Part shown: piece by piece, positions 10,180-20,241 of the stretch
How positions within the stretch are numbered: the first letter of the stretch is position 1
Layout: the number at the start of each line of letters is the position of its first letter
Source of the DNA: Prevotella sp.
GTDB taxonomy: Bacteria > Bacteroidota > Bacteroidia > Bacteroidales > Dysgonomonadaceae
Direction: 5' to 3'
DNA length: 43,021 nucleotides
Assembly (NCBI GenBank): GCA_031285625.1
Contig: JAITVV010000016.1
Coordinates: forward strand, 1-43,021
The notes under the pieces: generated by a model
The model's input: only the letters and a program-made list of their open reading frames with translations
What the model was told of the DNA's origin: nothing
The model's database searches: none
Program-made: the position numbers and the translations under genes

Positions 10180-10236
10180 ATTTTGAAAAAATAATCTTTT
10201 TCCGGTCTAAAATACGGGCATTTATTATCCGCCGGA

Positions 10237-11847
10237 TTACCAGCCTTTGTTAGGGTTTTTGTCCCACCATAGTTTGGTACTGTAGTTGTCTGCTCCACCT
10301 AATAATTTCACAGCGTTTTCATAATTCTGTGCATTATTATTTTTCTCATCCGGTGCAAAAGGTATACGTGAAGCCAACCTTGTAGTCAGATTAGGATCAT
10401 CGCTAGCGTTAATCAGCACAGGGAAGAAGTGAGGATAGCCTGTACGACGTTGTTCACTCCATGCCTCTTGCCCCAGCGGGTACATAGCTATCCATTTTTG
10501 GGTGATCAGGCGTTCCAACTTAGTTTCGAACGGATCTGCATCATTCCACTTAATAGTAATTGTGCTTACTGCCTTTGCTGCCAGTTTGCTATCCGGATCA
10601 GCATAATCTCCAGGCTTGCTTGTTGCATCTTCAAGATATGTATCAGCTCCACTTGCCAGCCACTGAGAGAAAGATAATCTAACACCCTCTTCGTACAGGT
10701 CTTTCGCTGTTCCACCCATACTCCAGCCTCTAAGGGCACCTTCTGCTTTCAGGAATGCTATTTCAGAAGCAGCCATCCACAATGTAGGAGCAGTCTGGGA
10801 ATATGTTGTAGATGAATATCTATCCGCCCAGTCTTTTCCTGAAATTGTAATACCTGTTCTTAATCCCAGATATTCAGGGCCACCTTCCACCTGGCTCTTT
10901 GTAAAATATTGAGCCATACGAGGATCATCATAGCCTGCCATATAAGCTATAATATCGGCACACACACGTGAGTCTCCCCATGCTGTTGTCATTGTCCAGA
11001 TAGGGTTTTGAGGGAATGCATTCTGAGTATTATCATTATTGCTGACGATCACTCCTATCGGATGGCTTACAGCTTCCTCTGCTTTTTGCTTTGCCAATGC
11101 CGGATCAGCATATACTATGCGTAAAGCCATACGCAGCTTCAGTGAATTAGCATATTTTATCCATTTGGTAAAGTCACCGCTATATACTTTATCGAATTTA
11201 GCCATAGCATTATAGCTAGGATTCTCAGCAACAAATGTGGTGAGTTCTGCAATGGCTGCATCCAGGTCTGTAAACATATTTTTATAAACATCTTCCTGGC
11301 TGTCATAAGCTGAACCAAGGCTACCTGATCCTACCTGAGAATAAGGTATGGGCCCATACATGTCTGTTATCCGCTGCATAGCAGTTACACGAATGATTTG
11401 TGCCCAGGCAAAAAGTTGCCCTTCACCTCCTGTTTGTTCTTTTACTTGTGTCCATCCTCCATATACTTTCTCAAAAGCATCATTGAAAGGTGAATTGATC
11501 CACCCTGAAGGAGCATTGAATGTAGAAAAATTGGAAGACCATGTATTAGCTATAGACAGATAACGTCCGTATGGATCGCCTATCAGATTTTCTCCCATCT
11601 GATATGCATTTTCCTGTGCAGGATATGCATAATTCAACATCTGCGGAAAAAACGCACCCAGCTTATAGTAACCCTCCAGAATTTCATCATCGGTAGGCTC
11701 AGCCGGATTTCTATTCATGTCTTCAAAGTTATTGGTGCACGATACCAGAAACAGCGAGCATAACAATGTAGATGCCAATACTGTCTTTATATTTTTTAAT
11801 ATATTGTAATTCATAATTTTAGCTTTTAATATTGTTACAGTATTCAT
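10237..11847 (-). CDS. susD: SusD/RagB family lipoprotein (SusD-like_2 type)
   Basis: Lipobox LVSC then FEDMNRNP; TDMYGPIPYS; KWIKYANSLKLRMALR; ITQKWIA; WSEQRRTGYP; directly after susC. Start may be 11814. Confidence 0.95.
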   Translation of the reverse strand: MNTVTILKAKIMNYNILKNIKTVLASTLLCSLFLVSCTNNFEDMNRNPAEPTDDEILEGYYKLGAFFPQMLNYAYPAQENAYQMGENLIGDPYGRYLSIANTWSSNFSTFNAPSGWINSPFNDAFEKVYGGWTQVKEQTGGEGQLFAWAQIIRVTAMQRITDMYGPIPYSQVGSGSLGSAYDSQEDVYKNMFTDLDAAIAELTTFVAENPSYNAMAKFDKVYSGDFTKWIKYANSLKLRMALRIVYADPALAKQKAEEAVSHPIGVIVSNNDNTQNAFPQNPIWTMTTAWGDSRVCADIIAYMAGYDDPRMAQYFTKSQVEGGPEYLGLRTGITISGKDWADRYSSTTYSQTAPTLWMAASEIAFLKAEGALRGWSMGGTAKDLYEEGVRLSFSQWLASGADTYLEDATSKPGDYADPDSKLAAKAVSTITIKWNDADPFETKLERLITQKWIAMYPLGQEAWSEQRRTGYPHFFPVLINASDDPNLTTRLASRIPFAPDEKNNNAQNYENAVKLLGGADNYSTKLWWDKNPNKGW

Positions 11848-11848
11848 A

Positions 11849-14800
11849 TTAAAACTCTACTTTAACACTGAATCCCAGATTGCGAAGGCTTGGCTGCATA
11901 AAGTAGTCAATCCCCTGGAAGTATGTTCCTGTTGAAGCTGTTGCTTCCGGATCGAATGGAGCTTTGTTATAGATCATCCATAAGTTGCGGCCAACAAATG
12001 AAACATTTACTTTCATCACGTCATTAAACCATTTGCTTGGCAGATTATATCCTACTGTAAGCTCTTGTAAGCGAACATTAGTTGCTTTGTATACATAGTC
12101 AGACAATAATCCTTCTGTCTGGCCCACTGCTGTATAATATTGTTCTGCACCGATTGTTGTATTTCCTATAACAACTCCTCCGTTGTCGCGAGCATTAGCA
12201 GTTGCTTGAGTAACACCAAATCCATCCAGTATAGCTTGTGTAGGAGACATTACGATACCACCCAAACGAGCTGAGATAAGGAATCCTAAATTGAAGTCTT
12301 TCCATCTGAAATCATTTCTGAAACCAAGGTTCCATTTAGGAAGTACTGAACCTACTTTTTCCATAGTGTCTTCCAATACAGGCTGTCCGTTCTCGCCCAG
12401 AACTACAGATCCGTCTTCACCGTACTTCAGTTTCCTTTTTACCCAAAGGTCTCCCATAGTACCTCCGGACATCAAGCGGAACTCTGATGAGCCTATTCCT
12501 CCCTGAGAAATATATTCAAGATTTATCATCTCTCCTGTTATCGGATCGGCATATCTTCCCAGTTGCTTGATCGTATTTTTGTTATAACTTGCTGTAAATG
12601 TAGAATTCCAGTTAAAGTCACCCCATCTGTTATCTGCTCCTAATGTGATTTCCACACCCTGATTTTCTACATCTCCTGTTTGAATATACATGGATGAATA
12701 ACCTGTAGAGGCAGAAACAGGAACCTCAAGTGTTTGATTTTTTGTATTTGATTTGTACCATGTCAGATCCAGACTTAGTCTGTTATTCCAGAATTTAGTA
12801 CTCAAACCGGCTTCCCATGATCCGGTTCTTTCCGGTTTCAGGTCTTTGATAGGCATGTAAGTATTGGTTTTCCAGAAGCCGCCTTGCTCATCATATTCAT
12901 ATGTTGGTATAGAAAGGTTGCGCGGAATGGCAGAACCCACTGAAGAGTATGAACCACGTACCTTCATGTATGTAATAAAGCTTGGCATATTTACCATTTC
13001 GGATATAACGCCCGACACACCTACCGATGGATAGAAGAACGAGCTGTTACTTGTATTTGCAAGAGCAGAAGCCCAGTCGTTACGCCCTGTCAATGTCAGA
13101 TATAACATGCTTTTCCAACCTAATTCGAAATTGGCAAAAACCGATTGTGTTTGTTCATGCCAGCCACTTTGTATTAGCTTAGTTTTAGGAGCATCCTTAT
13201 CGATGTTTGTTATAGCAAAGAAATTAGGAATCTTTAAAGAAGCACCGTCAACACCAGATTCGTCAGAACGCATATCAGAGATACTTGTACCAATGTTAGC
13301 CGATAGTGAATAGTCTCCAAAGTACTTGTTGATATTCAATAACAAGTCAGCATATACTTGCTTGTAGTCTTCTTTGGTTGACTTGAAACGGCCTGTTTCC
13401 GAAGCAAAAAGCTGATTTGTTGTAGCATAATTCTTCTGAGCATAATTATTATGAGAGTTATCAAGGCGTGCACGTCCCATAACGTTCATCCAATCAAGGA
13501 TATCGTACTGCAGGTTTACATTCATCATATAACGGTCACGCTTGTTAGTCATACGGTTACGATTGATAACCCAGTATGGATTTTGCATTCCAAGTCCCTG
13601 GTCGCCGTATTTCCATTGTTGCTCGTTATATCCCATCGTTTCGTTATACACTTCATAATTTTTTGCATAACCGAAATCTTCTCCTCTCGGATAGGTATAT
13701 ACCGCAGTAAGAGGGTTGTAATATTGTCCCTGCGCCATCATGTTCTGGTCTTTTTGCTTAATGTAGCTGAAACCAAAATCGAGTGTCATCTTGTCATTCA
13801 GGAATTTAGTAGTATTCCTCAATGTTACATTATATTTAGAATATTCGTTTTCAGGAATTATACCATTGCTACTAGTAGAACCTAACGACATATATGTCTG
13901 GTTCTTATCGGTACCTACCGATAGTGTAGCAGATGTCTGAACTGTAGCACCTGTATCGAAGAAATCCATCGGGTCGTACGAATATTTATTTTGTATATCA
14001 CCCCAGCTTCTGTATTCTCCTGTCCTGTTTCCATACTTGCTCTGGAAGTCAGGCGATACAAACGGACGGGAGAATGTAGTCTGGTTAGAGATAGTTACTT
14101 TAGGTTTGCCTGTCGCACCTTTTTTAGTTGTGATAACGATAGCACCATTAGCAGCATTGGATCCGTAAAGGGCAGCTGCAGCAGGACCTGTCAGTACAGA
14201 CATACTTTCTATATCGTCCGGGTTAAGGTCGGCAATACCTTCACCTCTTGGCTGGTCAGCATATTCATTGTTTTGGTTCAAACCACCATTGCTTGCATTG
14301 AAAATAGGCACCCCGTCGATCACATATAACGCATTATTATCCTTTGTGATAGATTTGGAACCACGCATTACCACACGTGTTGCACCACCGATACCGGCAG
14401 AAGATGCGTTGATATTCACACCGGCTACTTTACCAGATAGTGAATTCATAAAATTAGGATCTTTAACACCTGTCAACTCTTCTCCTTTTATTTCCTGTAC
14501 ATTGTAACTCAAGGCTTTTTGTGCTCTCTTGATACCCAAAGCTGTTACAACTACTTCATCAAGGTTGACATCGCTTTCCTGCAAAATAACATTGAAAGAT
14601 GATTGGTTGCCGGTTAAGGTTTGAGTAACATAACCGATATAAGTAACCTCCAATGTTTTACCTTCGGGCACGCGGATAGAGAAATTACCATCGAGGTCTG
14701 TCATAGTACCTATAGTAGTTCCTTTTACGGCCACACTCACCCCGATCAGTGGTTCTCCGTTTTTATCTTTGATAGTTCCGGTAACCAGCCTGTCTTGCTG

Positions 14801-15193
14801 AGTTATATTTTGAGTAGAAGCTACTGCGCCTGTAGAAAGGATAATGTGAGAACCTTCCATGCTGTAATTGATATTTGTATTTTTCAATACCTGATCAAGT
14901 ACTTCGGATGTAGGTTTGTCCTTTACATTTACAGTTGTAGCCTGCTTCACCTCTACCTGGTTATTATAGATAAACAGATAGTTGGTCTGACTTTCTATTT
15001 CACTTAGCACCTTTGCTAACTGAACGTTTTTCAGGTTCATGGTGACTCTCGCATTCTGAGAGAAAGAGTCTGCAGCAAACATCATCTGAACGCTGCATAA
15101 AAGACATAAGACAAAGATTCTCATGATTCTGGTCAATTGTTTTAATTCTGGATATTTTTTCCAAAAAACACCCATCAAATCATTATTTTTCAT
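11849..15193 (-). CDS. susC: SusC/RagA TonB-dependent transporter with N-terminal STN signalling extension
   Basis: STN-like N-terminus, CarboxypepD_reg-like domain, plug motif DIESMSVLTGPAAAALYGSNAANGAIVITTK, terminal Phe. Confidence 0.97.
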   Translation of the reverse strand: MKNNDLMGVFWKKYPELKQLTRIMRIFVLCLLCSVQMMFAADSFSQNARVTMNLKNVQLAKVLSEIESQTNYLFIYNNQVEVKQATTVNVKDKPTSEVLDQVLKNTNINYSMEGSHIILSTGAVASTQNITQQDRLVTGTIKDKNGEPLIGVSVAVKGTTIGTMTDLDGNFSIRVPEGKTLEVTYIGYVTQTLTGNQSSFNVILQESDVNLDEVVVTALGIKRAQKALSYNVQEIKGEELTGVKDPNFMNSLSGKVAGVNINASSAGIGGATRVVMRGSKSITKDNNALYVIDGVPIFNASNGGLNQNNEYADQPRGEGIADLNPDDIESMSVLTGPAAAALYGSNAANGAIVITTKKGATGKPKVTISNQTTFSRPFVSPDFQSKYGNRTGEYRSWGDIQNKYSYDPMDFFDTGATVQTSATLSVGTDKNQTYMSLGSTSSNGIIPENEYSKYNVTLRNTTKFLNDKMTLDFGFSYIKQKDQNMMAQGQYYNPLTAVYTYPRGEDFGYAKNYEVYNETMGYNEQQWKYGDQGLGMQNPYWVINRNRMTNKRDRYMMNVNLQYDILDWMNVMGRARLDNSHNNYAQKNYATTNQLFASETGRFKSTKEDYKQVYADLLLNINKYFGDYSLSANIGTSISDMRSDESGVDGASLKIPNFFAITNIDKDAPKTKLIQSGWHEQTQSVFANFELGWKSMLYLTLTGRNDWASALANTSNSSFFYPSVGVSGVISEMVNMPSFITYMKVRGSYSSVGSAIPRNLSIPTYEYDEQGGFWKTNTYMPIKDLKPERTGSWEAGLSTKFWNNRLSLDLTWYKSNTKNQTLEVPVSASTGYSSMYIQTGDVENQGVEITLGADNRWGDFNWNSTFTASYNKNTIKQLGRYADPITGEMINLEYISQGGIGSSEFRLMSGGTMGDLWVKRKLKYGEDGSVVLGENGQPVLEDTMEKVGSVLPKWNLGFRNDFRWKDFNLGFLISARLGGIVMSPTQAILDGFGVTQATANARDNGGVVIGNTTIGAEQYYTAVGQTEGLLSDYVYKATNVRLQELTVGYNLPSKWFNDVMKVNVSFVGRNLWMIYNKAPFDPEATASTGTYFQGIDYFMQPSLRNLGFSVKVEF

Positions 15194-15204
15194 AGATTTG
15201 TTTT

Positions 15205-15290
15205 GTTAATGAGATTAGTACTCTTTAAAATGATAATGGTATTAATTTCCTGTGCCAAAAAATGTTGCCGCATTTTTTGGCACTCTTTTT
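15205..15290 (+). ncRNA. Candidate cis-antisense sRNA to the susC leader (DonS-type)
   Basis: Plus-strand TAGATTTG (15193-15200) overlapping the susC start codon; perfect 13-bp hairpin 15252-15283 followed by TCTTTTT. Ends approximate. Confidence 0.6.
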
Positions 15291-15328
15291 CTAGCGTTAT
15301 ATATCTGTCATAGGCTTAATTTAATTTT

Positions 15329-15380
15329 GTGTTTACTTGATACATGGTGTTTACTTAATACATGGTGTTTACTTAAAATA
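15329..15380. repeat. 18-bp tandem repeat, about 2.9 copies (GTGTTTACTTRATACATG)
   Basis: Units start at 15329, 15347 and 15365. Confidence 0.9.
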
Positions 15381-15385
15381 TAAAA

Positions 15386-16342
15386 TTACTTGATGTAAAT
15401 TATATGTTCTTCCGCATCTCTTTCGTATTTGAATTTGATATCTCTTTGCAGTACGCGTAAAGCATACTCGATACCATCTACAAATCTGAATTTTCCTGTG
15501 TATGTATATTTATTTACTCTTGTATTTTCTACTATAATATCTATTCCATAGATTCTCTTAAAGTCGCTCATTATTTCTTCAAACGACGCATTATTAAAAC
15601 AGATAAGCCCTTCTTTCCATCTGTAAACATCATAATCGGGGATTCTCGATACTTCCAGTTTTCCATTACTCAGATAAGCTTTGGTATCGGGGCTCAAAAC
15701 AACCGACTGTCCTGCACCGGAGTCTAATCCAACTTCCACGCTTCCCTCCATCAATGTGGTCTCATAGTTATCCCGATCGGAATATGCATCCACATCAAAC
15801 TTTGTACCCAGTACTCTTATCTTTCCTTTCGATGTTTCTACTACAAATGGAGAATCCTCGTTGTGCGCCACTTCAAAATACGCCTGTCCATCCAGTTTTA
15901 CTACACGTTCTTTCTTATTGAAAGAGACCGGATATTCGATCTTGGTGCGTGAGTTTAACCATATTTCCGTACCATCAGGCAACGACAGGTTTACATACTG
16001 TCCTGCAGGTACATTTATGGTCTGTGAACCAAGGTATTGGTCCGATTCTTTTATCTGCATATACAACAAACCACTCATAAGTAGTATGGCGATAACTGCA
16101 GCTACCTTCGCGAAGGTTCCAAACAAAACTTTCTTCTTATTCGGGGATGACTCCTCATCCACCGTATTACTATACATTTCTTCCGGTTCGGGGTGAAGTA
16201 GGATCATAGCATCGAACAGTTTGCGCTCCCTCATCAGGTGTTCCCTGTTTTGAGAAGATGCTTCTAACCATTCTCTGATCTTATGATTTTCCGCTTCTGT
16301 TGTCAACCCTTCAAAGAATTTATATAGTAGTTCTGAATCCAT
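15386..16342 (-). CDS. fecR: FecR family anti-sigma factor
   Basis: Single TM; LPDGTEIWLNSRTKIEYP; LDGQAYFEV; VLGTKFDV; WKEGLI. Confidence 0.95.
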   Translation of the reverse strand: MDSELLYKFFEGLTTEAENHKIREWLEASSQNREHLMRERKLFDAMILLHPEPEEMYSNTVDEESSPNKKKVLFGTFAKVAAVIAILLMSGLLYMQIKESDQYLGSQTINVPAGQYVNLSLPDGTEIWLNSRTKIEYPVSFNKKERVVKLDGQAYFEVAHNEDSPFVVETSKGKIRVLGTKFDVDAYSDRDNYETTLMEGSVEVGLDSGAGQSVVLSPDTKAYLSNGKLEVSRIPDYDVYRWKEGLICFNNASFEEIMSDFKRIYGIDIIVENTRVNKYTYTGKFRFVDGIEYALRVLQRDIKFKYERDAEEHIIYIK

Positions 16343-16400
16343 TCGTATCTTACGATTAATAATTTTAGCTTAGGTTTTATAATTTTTTAATCACGTATAT

Positions 16401-16433
16401 GTATAACAACCAGAAAAAGGCCATCCCCAGTAG
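16401..16433 (-). promoter_or_regulatory. Putative ECF-sigma-dependent promoter upstream of fecR
   Basis: Minus strand CTACTGGGGATGG...TTGTTATAC, resembling motifs I recall between Bacteroidales ECF and anti-sigma genes; not verified. Confidence 0.4.
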
Positions 16434-16467
16434 AAAAATTGTTAATAAATACTAAAATATTATTTGC

Positions 16468-17037
16468 TTATTTATTCAACAGGAAAAAGAGAGCTATCCA
16501 GGCAGACAGATAATCTTTCAGATTAAGACGTAATACGCTAAGTGCTTTTGAGATATGAAATTCTACGCCCTTGGTGGTGATGCCCAGTGTCTCTGCTATT
16601 TCTTTATGCGATTTATTTTTGTAGCGGCTCATCACAAAGATGTCTAAAGTACGTTGAGGTAGTTTTGCTATGGTGTCGTTTACTATTTTTTGTATTTCTG
16701 CAGAAAATATCTCTTCGGGTATACAGGCTTCCAATGTGCTGATACGCAGGTCCAGCTCCCATTGTGCATGATCGGTAATATTGCTTATAATCTCGGCTCG
16801 TCGTCCAACCTGCTTCAGATGATTCAGGCACTTATTTTTGATAATGGTGAGTATGTATGCTTCAATATTGGAATCAGGAGCCAGTTTTAGCCTGTTGTCC
16901 CAGTATATTATAAAAGCTTCTGTAGTAAAATCCTCCGCAATAGCAGTATCCCTCACATATGTGTTCGCAAAACGAACAAAGCGAGGGTAATATTGTGTAA
17001 AGAATTTATCGAACTTTAGATTTGCAGGGTCAACCAT
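16468..17037 (-). CDS. ECF RNA polymerase sigma-70 factor (Bacteroidetes PUL type)
   Basis: FTQYYPRFVRFA, KNKCLNHLK, region 4 SHKEIAETLGITTKGVEFHISKAL; start moved to ATG 17037 because a TATTTTTG box lies at 17070-17077. Confidence 0.93.
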   Translation of the reverse strand: MVDPANLKFDKFFTQYYPRFVRFANTYVRDTAIAEDFTTEAFIIYWDNRLKLAPDSNIEAYILTIIKNKCLNHLKQVGRRAEIISNITDHAQWELDLRISTLEACIPEEIFSAEIQKIVNDTIAKLPQRTLDIFVMSRYKNKSHKEIAETLGITTKGVEFHISKALSVLRLNLKDYLSAWIALFFLLNK

Positions 17038-17262
17038 TAAAATATATATTGTAATAGCATTGTTTATTACAAAAATAGAAACTATTTCTGATAATTGATA
17101 CAATCCTTAAGAAATATCATTCTGACATGGTTTAGGTAAAGAAAAGATGGAAAGGCCAGAAGGAGATATCATAATGTCAGAAAAGGAAATACTCAAAGAT
17201 TTCTTTTATCCGATTATTTTGATAACTTTGTTGCAAATGCAACCAAACTAAATCTAACCGTC

Positions 17263-17502
17263 ATGAAAGCCTTCACCTTAATCACACTATTCTTTGTATT
17301 ATCCTCTTTTGCCAGTAGCGGAAATTACAAGCCTGTAAAAGAAGCGGAAACGACCGTACTGATCTGTACCGGAAAATATTCTAAACGATATCATAATTCG
17401 CAATGCAGAGGAATGAAGTCCTGCAAAGGGGATAAGAAAAAAGTCAGTTTATCGGAGGCTAAAAAGATGGGATTAACGGCCTGTGGATATTGTTATAAAT
17501 AA
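17263..17502 (+). CDS. Small secreted Cys/His-rich protein (Ada metal-binding-like motif)
   Basis: Signal peptide; C...YH...C...C...EAKKMGLTACGYC; TAACTTTG box at 17223-17230. Confidence 0.75.
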   Translation: MKAFTLITLFFVLSSFASSGNYKPVKEAETTVLICTGKYSKRYHNSQCRGMKSCKGDKKKVSLSEAKKMGLTACGYCYK

Positions 17503-17514
17503 AAAGGGCATAAA

Positions 17515-17662
17515 AAGGTATATCAAAAGAAATTTTTACCATCTCTTTGTCATGTTGAACGGAGTGAAACATCTCGTGTCCGGAGGGTCGAGATTCTTCA
17601 TTACATTCAGAATGACAAAGAGAGTAACTTTAGATAGTGTAGCTTTATTTTTGATACACCTT
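17515..17662. mobile_element. 148-bp MITE-like element containing a GTC-tagged REP doublet (copy 2, complete)
   Basis: 14-bp terminal IRs AAGGTATATCAAAA / TTTTGATACACCTT (1 mismatch); inner IR CTCTTTGTCAT...ATGACAAAGAG; second copy at 4713-4828. Confidence 0.8.
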
Positions 17663-17688
17663 CCCTCAATCCATGTTCTTTTATATAC

Positions 17689-18801
17689 TTACTTATTTGA
17701 TACTTCTACCTTTTGTGTCGGAGCCATTTCAGCATTCCGTTTATCTACCGAAAGAATAAAATTATCTGCCAGATGGGCAAATGCCATACCTGTAATGGTA
17801 TTTTCATTCAGGGCAACAGGCACACCTTTGTCCCCACCCTCGCATATGCTTTGTACAATGGGTATTTGTCCCAACAGAGGCACATTCATTTCATCAGCCA
17901 GATTTTTACCTCCGTCTTTACCGAAGATGTAATATTTATTCTCAGGTAGTTCGGCAGGTGTAAACCATGCCATATTCTCTACCAGCCCCAGAATAGGCAC
18001 ATTTACCTTATCGTTGGTAAACATATTGATACCCTTGCGCGCATCTGCCAAAGCCACCTCTTGAGGTGTACTTACTACTACGGCACCGGTTATAGCCAGC
18101 GTTTGCACCAATGTAAGGTGTATATCGCTTGTACCCGGTGGGAAGTCGATAAGGAAATAGTCGAGTTCGCCCCAATTGGCATCTGCGATAAGTTGTTTCA
18201 GGGCATTTCCGGCCATGGCGCCACGCCATACTACTGCATCATCCTTGTTTACAAAGAAGCCGATAGACAGCATTTTCACGCCGTATTTTTCTACCGGAAT
18301 AATATATTCTTTTCCGTCGATTGGTTCCAGATAAGGGCGTGCTTCTTCCTCATCAAACATCTTAGGCAGGGATGGGCCGAATATATCGGCATCGAGCAAC
18401 CCAACCTTATATCCCTTATTGGCAAGGGCTACAGCCAGATTTACAGATACCGTACTTTTACCTACACCACCCTTGCCGGATGATATGGCAATAATATTTT
18501 TTACCTGAGGCAACAGCGTAGCCGGCTTGGGAGCAGCTACCTGCCGTGTGCGCACATCTATATTTCCCTTTATGTCGATATTAGGATCTGCATAGGTAAG
18601 TATAGCCGTTTCGGCAGCCTTAACCACCGACTTGATAAACGGATCGTTGGGTTTATCAAACAGCATCGAAAAGCTTACTTTCATGCCATCGATGTGGATA
18701 TCGTCGGAGACGAATCCCATTTCTACAATATCTTTCCCTGTACCGGGATAACGTACATTGCGAAGTGCGTCTAAAATTAATTTCGGATATATATTAGCCA
18801 T
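17689..18801 (-). CDS. mrp: Mrp/NBP35 (ApbC) Fe-S cluster carrier ATPase
   Basis: [32 protein letters not shown]; N-terminal FeS-assembly (DUF59-like) domain. Confidence 0.95.
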   Translation of the reverse strand: MANIYPKLILDALRNVRYPGTGKDIVEMGFVSDDIHIDGMKVSFSMLFDKPNDPFIKSVVKAAETAILTYADPNIDIKGNIDVRTRQVAAPKPATLLPQVKNIIAISSGKGGVGKSTVSVNLAVALANKGYKVGLLDADIFGPSLPKMFDEEEARPYLEPIDGKEYIIPVEKYGVKMLSIGFFVNKDDAVVWRGAMAGNALKQLIADANWGELDYFLIDFPPGTSDIHLTLVQTLAITGAVVVSTPQEVALADARKGINMFTNDKVNVPILGLVENMAWFTPAELPENKYYIFGKDGGKNLADEMNVPLLGQIPIVQSICEGGDKGVPVALNENTITGMAFAHLADNFILSVDKRNAEMAPTQKVEVSNK

Positions 18802-18826
18802 TTCTTAGTTGATTTATGAATTTTTT

Positions 18827-19408
18827 CTAATCTTCTTTATCCAATATTTCGTTTACCTTTTCTGAATATTGGGGTAATATTTCTAGTTTATCTTTTATCT
18901 TATTTTCCAGATCTTCATATGTAGCCTGCAAAGCCATTACCTTTGCCGAATATTCGTAAGGGTATATTGACAGAACAATGTTATCCTTATCATATTTCAG
19001 GGTCAGTGCCCTCATCGGAGATTCCGGTGTTTTATCTTTATATAATTCAAACCCGTATTTCTGAATCAGAAAATCGGAGAAGGCAATAGATAATGCCATC
19101 GTAACGGAATCATTGTCCAGCTTGAACCCGTTACAGTACATCTTGAAATTGATAAGCTGGTCGAAAGTCTGATCCATATTCAATGGATGATTGACAGGAC
19201 TTTCTACCACCCTGTTCAACTTAAAGTCGAGGAAAAAGCTTTCTATCAGTTTCAAGCTTCCATCAAGTACCTTATCGTAACTCCGTATATCTTCTTTGGT
19301 GTACCTGTTGTCAAAATACTCTTGTGTAAAAACCTCCACCTTATCCTTATCACTTTCGGTGTTTTCTTTTTTGTCTCCTTTAGAGAATAATTTCTTGAAA
19401 AAATTCAT
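18827..19408 (-). CDS. Hypothetical protein (possibly DUF3806-like C-terminus)
   Basis: 193-aa ORF between trmB and mrp; family guess is weak. Confidence 0.7.
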   Translation of the reverse strand: MNFFKKLFSKGDKKENTESDKDKVEVFTQEYFDNRYTKEDIRSYDKVLDGSLKLIESFFLDFKLNRVVESPVNHPLNMDQTFDQLINFKMYCNGFKLDNDSVTMALSIAFSDFLIQKYGFELYKDKTPESPMRALTLKYDKDNIVLSIYPYEYSAKVMALQATYEDLENKIKDKLEILPQYSEKVNEILDKED

Positions 19409-19419
19409 ATAGCTTGATT

Positions 19420-20169
19420 TTATTTCCCTGCTTGATTAAGCATATTACTCCGTCCAAAGCTACGGTAATCGTCTTTTTCTATTTCAATTTCCGGTTCTAT
19501 CCAGTTGTCCCGCTGTTGGCATTCAAATTTTATATACTTGATATTTAAACCCCGAGCCAGCCATTGTTGTTCATAATAGGTCTGTATTTTCAGTATATCG
19601 TCTACCAGTCCGGAGTGATACAGGTTATCAGTCTGAAATAGTACAGGCAGCGTATTTTCACTTACCATAGCACATGTATAAGTATACATAAAGTTGCTAT
19701 CCGTTTTCAGGTGAATGATGCCATCATCCGTCAATATCTCGCGATACAACTTCATAAAACGGGTAGACGTCATCCGTTTGTTTACCTTATTCATTTGCGG
19801 ATCGGGAAAAGTGATCCATATTTCGGAAACCTCTCCTTTGGCAAAGAAATGTGTTATCAGTTCGATGTGTGTACGCAGGAAAGCCACATTAGTCATTTCG
19901 AGAGACTGTTTTGCTCCTGTCCACATACGCGCCCCTTTTATATCGAGACCTATAAAGTTCTTGTTTGGATAAAGTTTTGCCAGCCCTACTGTATATTCAC
20001 CTTTACCACAGCCCAATTCCAGTACAATCGGATTGCCGTTTTTGAAAAACAGTTCGTTCCACTTGCCTTTCATATCGAACCCTTTTTCCTGCAATACGGC
20101 ATAAGGGTATTGGAATACATGGGGGTATTCCTCCATATTGGCAAATTTGGCGAGTTTATTTTTTCCCAT
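19420..20169 (-). CDS. trmB: tRNA (guanine-N7)-methyltransferase
   Basis: [28 protein letters not shown] motifs. Confidence 0.96.
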   Translation of the reverse strand: MGKNKLAKFANMEEYPHVFQYPYAVLQEKGFDMKGKWNELFFKNGNPIVLELGCGKGEYTVGLAKLYPNKNFIGLDIKGARMWTGAKQSLEMTNVAFLRTHIELITHFFAKGEVSEIWITFPDPQMNKVNKRMTSTRFMKLYREILTDDGIIHLKTDSNFMYTYTCAMVSENTLPVLFQTDNLYHSGLVDDILKIQTYYEQQWLARGLNIKYIKFECQQRDNWIEPEIEIEKDDYRSFGRSNMLNQAGK

Positions 20170-20241
20170 TAGTTGTTAGTTAGCAAATTTGAAAATTAGC
20201 AAATTAGCAAATGATTAATTCCATTTTACACTATTGGCATA

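Noticed and set aside
9996-10236. Invertible (phase-variable) promoter for the wza-wzc genes
   Set aside because: No IR pair flanks the -7 box and no recombinase gene is in the window
15329-15380. Possible CRISPR array
   Set aside because: 18-bp head-to-tail units with no spacers and no cas genes
17120-17182. 9-bp inverted repeat TTCTGACAT / ATGTCAGAA between divergent promoters
   Set aside because: Short with a long spacer; compatible with chance
17483-17949. ORFs 17483-17932 and 17713-17949
   Set aside because: Read through the MITE and/or antisense to mrp
20170-20215. TTAGCAAAT short repeats between the ABC transporter gene and trmB
   Set aside because: Three low-complexity units; no functional evidence
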